A stretch of 64,000 bases of DNA from Somniosus microcephalus (Eukaryota): assembly GCA_052327205.1 (NCBI GenBank), contig CM126214.1, forward strand, positions 141,918,001 to 141,982,000, written 5' to 3'. Every line of letters starts with the position of its first letter. The first letter of the stretch is position 1. The translations under genes and the position numbers were made by a program. Below the pieces are notes generated by a model, which was not told the origin of the DNA, searched no databases, and worked only from the letters and a program-made list of their open reading frames with translations. Positions 13,492 through 25,410 of the stretch are shown here, piece by piece.

Positions 13492-14798
13492 TAGAAGTTG
13501 GTGAGGTAAGATTAGCCTTGGCTGTAATGCTCCCATGGTGGATTCCTTGACCCATTGACTAGCCATGGTGCCCAAGAGTAAGTCTTGCAAGGCTCCTTAA
13601 TTTTTCTATCATTATGCTTTGGGGCAGTTAGAATATAAATTAGAGGAAACTGAGTGCATCTAATCTGTGTGGTATTGGGGAGAGAAAGAGGAAGAATGGC
13701 AGAAAGAAACTTGCAGTGACATCAAATGAATTGGAAATATACTGAGGGGGAGTATTGGAAAAAGTGGCAATAGCAATAAATGACATCCACTATGCATTGC
13801 AAATGGACATCTTTTACAAAATTACATAAACCTAATATCAAGATTACAAAAATAATAGAAGAAATTGATGAGGGTGGTGTAATAGCAATTGCAAACGGAC
13901 TGACAGTTCAAATACCCTGTACCTGCAACCTCTGGTTCATGATAAAATATATTGTTTAGAAGTTCAGTCATTATGCTCGCTCTTGAACTGAATTTAGTAT
14001 AGTGCTGTGGCCCCAAATCGGGGCATACGTTGGACGGTGTCTGACACGTACTTGTCTATGGAGCAGGAATTTAAATGAAGCGTTTATTCATTTCTTGTTC
14101 AAATTGCTGCTGGAATTGCCTACAGTGGGAATGAGACAGTTTGCAACTTGGAAGCAGCATAAGCCTATATGATTAAAAGCTCAGGTTTGGAAATATTATT
14201 GGTTTAGATATAGGGAATGGTGCCAGCACGTCCTGTTGACTTGGACTGTGGCAAATGTAAGTGTATACAGAGGCTTTTAATGGAACTACAGATTTAATTA
14301 TAAAAAGCCCTTTCCTTGGTAATTCAATAATGTACAAATAGTCATCGAGGTTGTCCCACGTATCTATTATTAACATGTTTGTATTCTCATTTAGTAAACC
14401 CCTCAAACAGTTTTTTTTTAATGTAACAGCTAAATGATTTTTCCACCGTCAAACAGTGTTATGCTGACTTTCAAAAAAGTTAGTCATACAAAGTAATTTT
14501 TATTTTATTATTAAAGTTCTATTAAACTGCATATATTTTAACAAATTTATGATTGTACTGACACTAAATTGAAAACCCAGTTTTGTTTCATTGATAGGAG
14601 CAATTATTGTGTGTCCTGGATTTTTTTTTGAAGTACCAGTACTTGGGGGAATTTTCATTTACCCCTGCAAATAGCAAAATAACTACAGTATTGGTGTTTG
14701 TTATTCTGCCTGCCCGTATATATTGACGTTAATTCTCGTGTCAAAATAAAGAAGATAAAATGACCCAATTGCCATATAACGAAAATATGTCTAAATTA

Positions 14799-15054
14799 CA
14801 GGTAGACTATCCTTTATCCAAAAACCTCGGGACCAGCCGTGTTTCGGTTTTCGGAGAATTTCGGAAGGTGGGTCCGCGGGGGGGTCGTGCGCACGACTTA
14901 CCCTTTATCCGAACTTCCGAACCCGGAACCCTCTAAAAACCAAAGGTTTTTTCGTTCAGCGTAAGTCGTGCGCACGACTTACGCTGAACGAAAAAACCAA
15001 AGGTTTTTAGGGGGTTTCGGTTTTCGGAAGTTCGGATAAAGGGTAGTCTACCTG
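14799..15054. mobile_element. Tc1/mariner-pogo (Tigger-like) MITE, family B, with nested palindrome
   Basis: TA flanks at 14797-14798 and 15055-15056. TIRs CAGGTAGACTATCCTTTATCC / GGATAAAGGGTAGTCTACCTG. Perfect 54-bp palindrome at 14945-14998. Confidence 0.85.
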
Positions 15055-17491
15055 TATTTGTTGGCTTGTTGTGCGGTTGAGATTGTCCCTAGTCTGATCA
15101 CTTTTGCAGACTTACAAGGTGGGACAGCGAGATCATGGATAGCAGACATAATCTAAGTTGATGTAAAAAATCAGCCAACTGAATGGCAAAACAAGTCTGA
15201 ATGAAAAGATAGGTTTAAGTTGAATTGTAATTTCAAAGCCACTGGGGAAAGCGTGAAAGGTGTCGAGTATCAGACAGCGGGTACTGTGAAAGGAGTTAAC
15301 TTTTCTGCATTTTGGACTTGGGTCACAGTTTAACCCTTTATATATTTGGAAAAAATGGCACTGTAATTAGCTAGTTCGATGTGCAATTCTAGACTAAAAT
15401 CCAATGATCAGAAATCTGACTTGGCAATCTGATCACAAACTTGATGACCATCAATGTTTTCATAGGAATGTTGATCTGAGCAATAATATGATAGAAACTG
15501 GGACAAAAATCTCTTGACAATTCCCCTTTCAATTTCAGAGTAGGTATCTAAACATTTTTCTGCAGGGGAGGGGGTGGAGCTTTTTTGTAATTTAGTGGAC
15601 TGATTTGATTGCAGATCACACATTAAAGCTGATATTTATGTACTTGTTAAATTTTTTGTTTCCAATTTATGCAAATAATCAACTTTTCATATTTTAAACA
15701 GGTTCTTTTTAGGGTGATTAATAATTGACATTTTCCCAATGTGTTACTGTTGCTTGCAGAGCCGATCCTTGAATTGCTCAACTTAAAAGATATATTTTAC
15801 ATCCAGTACATATAATACAAAATGATTTCAGTGAGAAATTGGATAGTGTGTCGGTATCTATAATTTTTCCTGAAATCTGCCATTGTCAGCAGAAAAGAAA
15901 CTCTGTGTGTGTATATATGGGCAAAATAATAAAGCAAAAGGACAACAGTTTGATCAATTAATGTCTAATTTGAGGGAAAACAATCTGCTTCCTTTCATGA
16001 GAAAATAATTTTTTTCTATTCTAAAAATGCCTCAACATGGTTATTATATGAGGCAGTATACAAGTTTCTAAAACTACCAAAAAAGTCTTTTCCAAAACCT
16101 CAAACTGCTTTGTTACCTGAGATAGGAATGTGTTGTAATTGCTCTGTTCTTGACTTTCACCCTCCTAAATATGAGGCTAATTTGAGATGGTTGTTATGGC
16201 CCCTTCAATCCTTTTAAAGCAAATGGAAAAGAAAGCTTTATGCATTGCTGGCTTGAGAACCCAAGGAATCATCCACAAAAATGCCTTGTGTGCAGACTGG
16301 AAAGTTGTGGGTGCAGCATAGCATCATGTGCATTGCATTGTTTGGGCCCCTTGGCTAAGGGTTTCAACTCCCTGAGAAGGCATTGGTGTGTGTATATAGC
16401 ATAAAAAGGAAGTATTAAGTGTTCCTAAATAAATCCTTAGTTATGTGGTTGTATTGTACACTCTCAAGTAAATAAACCAATAGGAAATTAAAGTTATAAT
16501 TTCTGTATTTCTCAATTGCAGACAGTGGTGCCAACATTAAACTTTTGGGAGACTTTAGTATTGTTTTGTGATCTAAATGTATATATTTTTTTATATGCAT
16601 ATATAATGACACAAAAAATTAAGGAGTCTTAGCTAGAACAGTTTGGCTAGTGTCTGCCACCATCATTTATTGGGCTGAATTCTGAAATTTGAGAAATGCT
16701 TTGCTTGAACAAAGTTTTCTAATAGACTTGTGCATTAGAATTTTAACAAAATTGTTTTGGGCTTAGGAATAGATTTATTCAAGTTTGACTATGCTAGCAA
16801 AATTACTTCAAATTATTTTCATTCATTCATTCATGTTATGTACGAATGGCTAAAAGATGAAAAATTGTAAAAAGGTCGTAAAACCACTTCTCATATATAA
16901 TTCTAAAATAGATGGGATCAGTACATTGAGCAAATATGTTGAGCATAAACCAGCAACTGTATGAAGAAGATTAATGCACACTGTATGTGAGGATTGTCAC
17001 TGCTGTGACAGCAGCTATATTGTGAAATGAAGGTTCTTGCAGTCCATCACACACTTTATTATGTGTCTATGATTATGCACACGATTGGGTCAGAACAATG
17101 CATTTTGGCAATTGGTTACAGTGATGTGGAATTTTGAGATTGGTGAAGGGATAACTTATGTTTCCAAACAAATATTGGTAATTTCAGCAGCTGCTTTTTG
17201 AGGGAAGCAAAAGGCACTTATTCAAGTCTTCACGTGATAGTTCTTTGTTCTGGTCTTTACACAACACTGTTGAGCTTGCAATTTTGCAAATCTTTTGTGA
17301 ACTATTGCAGTTCAAGATTCTCTGTATTTGCAACATGCCTACACTTCTGAAGATCGGTTTGAACTTCATGCTGGATGACATTGTGATTTGGTTTGCTTAG
17401 GAAAGGTATTGTGTACTTATACTCTTAAACGTTTGACTTGTGACCTCAGTTAGTTTAATCATTCTTGTAAATTACTTAATATTACCAGATA

Positions 17492-17825
17492 CAGGAAACT
17501 TTGTGATATCCGGCACCGACGGGACCGAGCTGTTGCCGTCCCATCAAAACTGCCGGACAAACCAGCGCTAATGTTAAAGCATACGGAAGCTTTTGAGCTC
17601 CGTATCTAGCAACAAACCCTGTTGCTCAACAGCTTCTAAACAGTCGGCCGTAGCTTGCAAGCGTCTCTGTAGCTAAGCAACAGCTTTAGCTAGACCTTGC
17701 AGAGCCTGACTGGTGGGGGAAAAAAAGCAACAAAAAGAAAAAAAACTTACTGAACCGACTCCTGAATTTTGCCGGTGGCTCGAGCATTCCGGACAGTTAA
17801 CCTCCGGATAAACCAAAGTTTCCTG
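17492..17825. mobile_element. Tc1/mariner-pogo (Tigger-like) MITE, family A copy 2
   Basis: TA flanks at 17490-17491 and 17826-17827. TIRs CAGGAAACTTTGTGATATCCGG / CCGGATAAACCAAAGTTTCCTG. Confidence 0.85.
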
Positions 17826-17866
17826 TATTAGGTTTGTTGTAATACATTGGCATGCTGGGAACAATG

Positions 17867-18800
17867 GCAACAACTTGCATACATTATGTAAATGCCATGT
17901 AGAAAAACATCTCAAGTTACTGCACAGAGGCATAAGGAAAACGGGTACCAAGCCAAAGAGATTAGGAAGGGTGACCAAAAGTTTGGTTGAAGAGGGGAGT
18001 TTGAAGAAGGATTCTTAAAGGTGGAGAGACAGAAAATTAGAGAGTGGGACTTAAGCAGCTAAAGACCCAAACTCAAATTTGGGGGTGGGGGGAGGTGTCG
18101 GTGGCTGGGGGTGGGGGTATGTTACACAAGATGTTGGTGTCGGAGGAATGGAGAGTATGGGCTGGGTAATTGTTGAGCAGAGGATGTTGGAGATAGTGAG
18201 GAGCAAGTCCATGGAGACATTTTAACAACAGGAAGAGATTTTTAAATTTAAGGAGTTGGGAGGATGGGAGCTAATGTATGCAAGATATGATAGGCGAGCG
18301 TGAATTGACGTGGGATATGATATGGGTAACAGTTTTCGATCAGCTGAAGTTTGTGGAGATGGAGGTTGGCTAAGAGAGCATTGGAGTAATTGAACCTGTA
18401 GGTGGCAAAGGCATGAATGAGGATTGGTTGGGGGCAGAGGTGAGCACTGTCACTGAGGTGGAAGTAAATGAGGATATCAGATCGGAAGCTCAGTTCTCAG
18501 TGTGAAAGCAAGGTGGCAAACAGTCTGGTTTGGTCTGAGATAGTGACTGGGGATAAGGGATAGAGTCAGTGACTATGGTAAGGAATTTGTGGCAGTGGCC
18601 AAAGACTGGCTTTGGTATTCTCACTGTTTAGCTGGAAGAATTTATGGTTCCTCCAAGGCTGGATGTTGGCAGTGGAGGAATTGAAAGGTGTTGGAGAGGT
18701 AGAGGTGAACACTTGCAAGCTGACACCACGCCTTTATTATGTCGCTAAGCACTAGCATGAAGAGGTGGAGGGGGTCAAGGCTGGATTCTTGAGGAAGTCT
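17867..18800 (-). mobile_element. Old L2-type LINE 3' portion
   Basis: L2-type tail 'caacttgcat...aaacatctcaag', G-rich on the + strand. A decayed PQGS-type RT motif (LPQESSLDPL) is on the minus strand near 18770-18800. Confidence 0.65.
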
Positions 18801-21800
18801 GACTTTTAAGATAACCCATTCAATTTCCACCATTTCAAAAATTGTCTGAACTGTACTAATTGGAATGCACGTTTATAAAAAAAAAGACATCTAAAGTAAC
18901 ACAAGCAGATTGTGCGCACAAAATTGCTGAAGCAGTTTGACTGGACTTGTGAAAACTGAGCTCTTTAGTGACACTACAGACCTGCTTGAACATGGGAAAT
19001 CTTTTGTTGCAGCAGTTTTGAATGGGTTTTTGAGTAGTATTTGTGACTCCTTTAGATTGAGTTTTAACAAAAATGTGATGTGTCTGACATATGCACATAA
19101 TATGAATTTTGATTTTTTTTTTAATGTTACTGTGCAGAATTGTCCCATCAATTCTACTGGTGGTTTTCCTCAGAATGAACCACTTCCTTGTACCCTTTCA
19201 AGCAACTATCTCATTTTTTAAATAGTTACCTCAACAAGGCAATGCTACTTTTAAACTTTTCTACATATCAGTTCTTAGTATTGAGGAAAGGCAGTGCAAA
19301 TTGTTGCCATTTGCTCCAGATTACACTGCAAGCCACTGTCCTACAAAGCAAGCAGTCCCAGCTGTAGTGGCAGTGGAAAGCTTTTCTCGTTTTGAGATAG
19401 ACGAGGTATTCTGGAATTAAACTGCGGGGAGGGGGAACTTCAATTCTTTGTTTTGGTGCACTCTGGTTCCATTACACTCTTCAATTTAAAAAAAAAAATG
19501 AGTTCACTAACTTTAATAATTTTGCCATTGAATATCATTAAAGAGTGCTTGTTTGTGCTTTTGACTAGACATTTTTAATCTTTGCTTGCAGTTCCCTTGC
19601 TGACCAGTGATGTCATTATTGAGCATGGTGAATTGCAAGCTAAAGTGCTAAGTTTGTGTTTTCTCCCTTCCACTAATTTTTCTTGCCCACACGTCACACA
19701 ATGGACAAGTGACTGCTCTGAGGCCTTATGTCATTTTGGGAGGTGAACAAGATCAGCTAGATATGACTTTTCTTGGACTCCTTCATTGGGGTGGCTAATA
19801 TCTGGAACTCAAGTAGGTGGAAGCCCACACTATTATGCTTCAGCATGTTCTACCTCGATATGCTATTTGCATTTACACAGCTTCTCTTGGGCATGCAGTT
19901 CTTTTACTAAGTTCCCCCACCTCTATCTTGTGGCATCAACTTTGTAATTGTGATGGTTTCTCTGCTTTAACTGTGAAGGAAGGATGTAAAATCCTACTTG
20001 CCAATCATCCATGGGCAAGTTACTTTATTGCTTTGGCAAGCTGAAAAACAAAGCAACTTCTTCATTTGCTAGTAACATTGGTGTATTTTTCACCTATAAT
20101 TTTCACACCCCAGGCCCTTGATACTGTAGTATTAATTCCAGTCATGATCCAAGCCTCTGGTATTTCACCCAAAAAGGTATTTGTTATCTGAGGGGAAGAG
20201 TTCCATCCCTCATAGCATCAATGCGAATGGAAATGTGGGAATAAGAGAAAAGAAAATGAAGTTGTCCCACGTTGCAGCAGGGAAAAGGAAATAGCAAAAA
20301 GATAAAAGTCTCGGAATAGGGCTGCCTAGAAGACGACTTGTGGGATTGGCCAAACTGTAATGAGTAACGGGATCAACGCAGTGTAGGTATTTAGCTTTTT
20401 TAGGATTTAAATTTGACTTTCAATTAAACCTGGTATGTAATTGTGCAATGATGCAGAGTTTTTAACCACAAAGGGTATTGCAACCAAGTCCTGTTCTCAT
20501 CCAGTGTCCACACATGAGTACATTGTTAAGGAGGGTGCTACTCAGAAAAGTGATTCTGTGCTTGGAGCACCATGTTATACAGCTAAGATTCTGAGACCAT
20601 TTTTAAGAAAAATGACAGCTGTCATCTTTAAAATATGAGATCAGGCAGAAGGTGGTACTGTTTTTTTGAAAATACCGCTTGTTCTGCAATCCTGATTAAT
20701 TTCAAAGATATAAGTTACTGGGTAAATGAGAGAATGGCTCATATAATGTTGACAACTTGAGGAATAAGCGATTTAATTGGTCAATGAATGCATAGGTTTT
20801 GTTGCATATTAAAAGTTTAAACTTGACTTGGTAGTGATAGTGCTGATTTGGTGTTGAGACACATTGAAGGTAACTGATGATAGGTGCTGACTGGGGTACC
20901 AGTATATCGTTTGGAACCTTTTTTTTTAATCAGTTGGCCATTCCAAAATTTCTTTAAAGTTGTGCTTGTATGTGACTAATTTCATAGCTTGGAAAATTAC
21001 ACATTAGTTAATCAATGACCATATGTATCATTTTCTTTAAGGAAAATGTGGTTTTTGGGCCTTGTACACAAGAATGTCATCAAGATGTGTATAGCATATT
21101 GGTACTAAGACCTGATGCAATAATCTGGGCATAGTATTTGAATACACTGGTTCTGATTTTGTACAGCAATTCTATTTATACCACTGAGCAGCTCCACTAG
21201 TACATCTAAATCTGCATGCTTATGTATGCATCTTCTAATGTGCACAAGTAGCTGTTTACAGATCTAAATCTGGCTCACCATTTTATACTGTTAAGTATTA
21301 GCATACATCCAAATTGGCCTAGTTTTGTGACCTGCCTTTGAGACAGATATTGTTTATGGCAGTGCAATTTTGCGAACCTGTTGCTATTTGTGGTGGCAAA
21401 TGGATTAGGTTGTATGATGAATTGGGCTTCAATTTGCCTCTAAATAGGACTTCCATATTATTTGCATTCTTGTTATGTGAAGTAATTCTTGTACATTCCA
21501 AATGTTTAGCTTTATCTGCAAAGAGAGAGTAACTTGGCCAAGGTGCTTTTAACTCCTTCCATGAATCCCAAAATAAATCTGCCTCTTTAAATGCTTCTTT
21601 TGGTGTAGTGTATGGCGGATTGCAAATGAAGGTTGCTAACTGTCCATTTCATCCAGTGTTTTTAAATTTCAATTTAATTTAAATTATGCTCATCATCCCA
21701 ACATTTCACCCTTCTCTGCATTATATTGTGAAATTGGTTCCCGAGTCTGAATTTACTAAGTTGGGCTTTATTGTGCAGCTTACATACCATTGTAAAAAAA

Positions 21801-23964
21801 AAAAAAAAAAAAAATTGCTCTTGTTACTAATCCAATTGTTCACTTTTTTTGGGCTAGGAATAATTATAAATTTCTGTCCATACTCTCATTTACTTGGCCT
21901 CCTTGGTTGGAAAAAGCTGATAAATGACATGGTACTGTTGCGGGTGAAGGAAAAGAGAAATTGTGCACTGCAGTAACAAATCTCTTGAAGGTGTACTCTG
22001 TGTATGAAATTGTCTTTGGTTATCCACATACAATGAATAAATTAATTGGGTAATCTACTTATTCATCTAGTTTCCCATGAGTAGATGTGTAGTATGGAAC
22101 CTTTGTTATGCTATAAACTGAGGTGCAGCAATGTGCTCTTCTCATGTTCTACTCTCTATTGCTAATAAATCATAATTGGTCTTGTGTTAGGGTATTGGGG
22201 CATTCCTTAGGCTATCTGAGATAGCTTACAACAGATTGATGCAATTTGCTTTTGCTACATTATACATTGATTACATTTTTAAAATGCTGAAGCATATAAT
22301 AATTATAGCATGCTTGGCTAAGTTACAATTTTATTTAAAAAATTTGGTCAGCCAAGTGTCTGACACGCATGGAAAGCTCTCGCCATGCTTAGAAATTCTC
22401 CAAACAAAGCTACTTGGAAATCCACAGAATTAGAATTTTCATTTGTCTGAGAGTACATATTCTCTTCACATAAGAACACATTGCACTTCAGTTAGGTTTG
22501 TAACACCCAAATGTTAGTAATTGGAGTTTAACTAAGACTATGTAACTTACCGGCACAGAAACTAGTAAGCTTCCTGCTGCTTGTTTAGGTCGGATCACTC
22601 TGCTCATTAAAATGTTGGCTTTCAGAATTATCTGGAGCTAAGTGGGAAGAATCCCAGCCCCCAATGGGAGCTCCAGTTGTATCCAGAAGCTGGCTAATCA
22701 ATCATGAAAGGTGCCCTGAGCTACTAAACTAGGTCCAGCAGAGACCACACTTCGTGCCCTACACCTTTAATAGGTTAGTCACTCTTTGATCATTACACAA
22801 CTGATGACCATGCTTTTGAGTCCTAGCTGGGATAGCAATTACCAGGAGCTCCTCCTGAGTGATATGAGCATCATAACTCATCACAAAATGTGAGTGCATT
22901 GTTACCCTAATGCATGTAATTTCCCATCGAGCGGTGATCAGATGGAGGGAGACTTCAGGAACAACTCCTTGTTTATCTAACCCAATGAAATTAGGCACTG
23001 AAACCTGAAATATGAGCAAACCCTGCCTCCAGTAACAATTTGCTGCATTTGTTGTCCCAAGCTTCAATTTCCATACCAGTTTTATGATATTCATCTGCCT
23101 TCAGAGTGCTAAAAGGATCTATGCAAGATAGATTGTTAGTCACCTTCATGTTTTTGGTGTCCAAATGCAGTGCTGTGTACTAGTCATCACAGGTCCAGGT
23201 CCTGTAGTAAGGGATTTGGTAAAGACATGCCTGTTGAGACAGACTGCACCTCTGAGGCCCTGTGATAGATTGGTGTAGGCTGGAGCGCTCTCTACCTGCA
23301 ACTAGAAACCTATTTTGCCACAACTTTACCTCAAGTGGGGTCCTGGAATCATTCATTTGGGACAAATGAAGCCATTGGTTACATCCCTCAGAGCTCTCAT
23401 GAAGGCAGATGCTCTGTGGAAGCACAATCCCAAAGAGCAGTGTTTAATTTAAGCTATAATTGACATCCACTAGAACTCCCATATACTCATGAATCAACAA
23501 TTGGACTAGATACTTATATCTTCTAGTTAATACCTTTTTGAAATCTCTTCTTCAGCCATATAGAATCATAGTACCACTGTGGATACCCATCATATCCCAC
23601 TTAAAATGGCAAGTGTAGCATACTAGATCCCAGGTGAATGCACCAAAAATGCATCTTTGAAAAGAGTGGAACAATTCTTTGACCTGTGAAGACATCCTTT
23701 ATGAATGTCCAACACATCATTGAGGACGATAGACAAATTTGCCTCCAATTAGTTTCACATGCCTGCAGTTTAGTGACTTTGTCGATCAGTGTTTCCTCTC
23801 TGACTGTAACTTTGATTTGTTATGGACTCATTTTAATTTCCCTAGTGGCTAAGGCATTGTAACTCTGATACTTTTTTTTTAAAAGCTTAGTGTGTTTCTC
23901 ATCTGTATTTTCATCTTTTTTAGTTTAATAGTATTAGTCAAAAGTTGTACTTTATTTCCTACAG

Positions 23965-24010
23965 AAATCCCCTCATCAGCAAACTGTTAAATCTGGGGAC
24001 AAAAGTTCAG
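23965..24010 (+). other. ADNP: Candidate 46-nt non-coding 5' UTR exon of ADNP
   Basis: Strong acceptor 'tttatttcctacag|' and strong donor 'CAG|gtgaga'. Contains no ATG and lies between exon 1 and the first coding exon. Mammalian ADNP has small non-coding 5' exons. Confidence 0.55.
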
Positions 24011-24479
24011 GTGAGATGTTTTATTTAATGTATATAAATATATTGCAGCATTAAATTTGGACTACATCTGTTGTTCCAAATATTACATTTTCTGGTGTGT
24101 GCGGCCTCCAGGGCATGCACACTGATTTCTAATAAGTACATTGTATATGTGGAAGAAGCTTCTATAACTTCCTAGCAGACAAATGTCTCTCCTAGCTGCA
24201 ATTTGGAACTTTTTTTGATTATGTGGACACTTCCCGTTAATCAGTAATTCAAATACGTTTCCTTCTCAGCTGAAAGCAATTGGCATTCAGGTTCCCCTTA
24301 AATTTGAGCCTCATTCCAGGAAACTTGTCCTGAATGTAAGACTCGAGTCTGCCGTATGCTTTTCACAAGATTTTAAAATTTGTGTAAAAACAAACTTCTG
24401 CTGCTGTCTATAACTGTCATAGAAGTATTGTTAAATATTTTCCAGTTTGTGCTCTGAACATGGTGTGGTATAGTTCCAG

Positions 24480-24815
24480 AAGCACTAGCAACCTCCAGTA
24501 CCTTGCCTAATGGTTGTTCTTCATGTGAGTGCCTGGGCAGTGAATGTCAGAAGACTATTTGAGTGTGGCGAGCATTTCATTGGAGCCTGAACCTGTCCTC
24601 ACGTTGTCCACATGTGTGCTTTCCAGCAACGGAAACTAATTGGAAACCCTGGCTGGCTTTTTTCCCCATCTTTCTTGCCTGGGACATTGAAGCTAATTAT
24701 AGTACCCACACTGCCCCAGCTGAAATCAGATAGCTCATCACAGACCAATGATCAAACCTGGGACCATTCTGGTCTGTATGTCAGCACATATCATTGCAGT
24801 GATTTTACCCATTAC
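24480..24815 (-). mobile_element. LF-SINE-like element, near full length
   Basis: Reverse complement reads 'catacagaccagaatggtcccaggtttgatcattggtctgtgatgagctatctgatttcagctgggg...gctggaaagcacacatgtggacaacgtgaggacagg...catgaagaac', the LF-SINE pattern. Confidence 0.7.
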
Positions 24816-25234
24816 AGATTCTCTTTTAAAAGTCTGATTATGAACTATGTACACCAGTGATTTTAATTAAAGGAAAATTTGACACTTTGAAATTTACAAA
24901 ATTTAATCATATGCTCGTAAGCCTACTTTATCTTGTGTTCAGAGAATATGTGCCATACATTTCCCCAGGAGGGAGGGGAACGTTGATCATATCACTTGCT
25001 CTGAGGCTTCTACATTTACTACTGTCTAACCTAGGGGTATTAATAACTATGGACGATCTTGGGCACAAACTCATTGTCTCTTACTATATCAATTTGATCC
25101 ACCCCTGGAATGTTTTGTAATATTTCTTTAAATAGACATGCTGTAATCCATTGTTCACACGCCCCCCTCCTGCCCCCAATAGTTTTTAATTATTCCCAAC
25201 TTTTCTCTGTCCTCCCCTCTCCTGAAAGTGCTGA

Positions 25235-25410
25235 CTCTTGGTTAGGTTTGGTTTCGTGGGTACTGTACTGCCTCACAAAAGTGACCATTCTTCATGTATG
25301 AATCTAGACAATGAATTTTGTCAGGTTGTTGGAGGCCACCACATACAGTACTAGGTCAATTTTATTCTGGCTAAACATCCATATATACACACACTTCGCA
25401 GCAGGGACAT
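25235..25410 (-). mobile_element. LF-SINE-like 3' fragment
   Basis: 'aagtgaccattcttcatgtatgaatctagaca...acacacttcgcagcaggga' is similar to the 3' half of 24480-24815. Confidence 0.45.

Noticed and set aside
12965-13555. 196-aa minus-strand ORF
   Set aside because: Runs across a SINE fragment and a MITE, has no recognisable domain, and is not kept open in the second MITE copy.
21794-21814. Poly(A) runs here and at ~27486-27501 as processed-pseudogene tails
   Set aside because: No upstream coding similarity or TSD. They are simple mononucleotide tracts.
22600-23760. Possible decayed Harbinger/HARBI1-like transposase (RFLVAG..SSL resembles RFLATG..SL)
   Set aside because: One weak motif, with no clear DDE residues or TIRs. 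Needs a translated profile search. Similar weak hints at 45230-46700 and 59220-59900 were also left uncalled.
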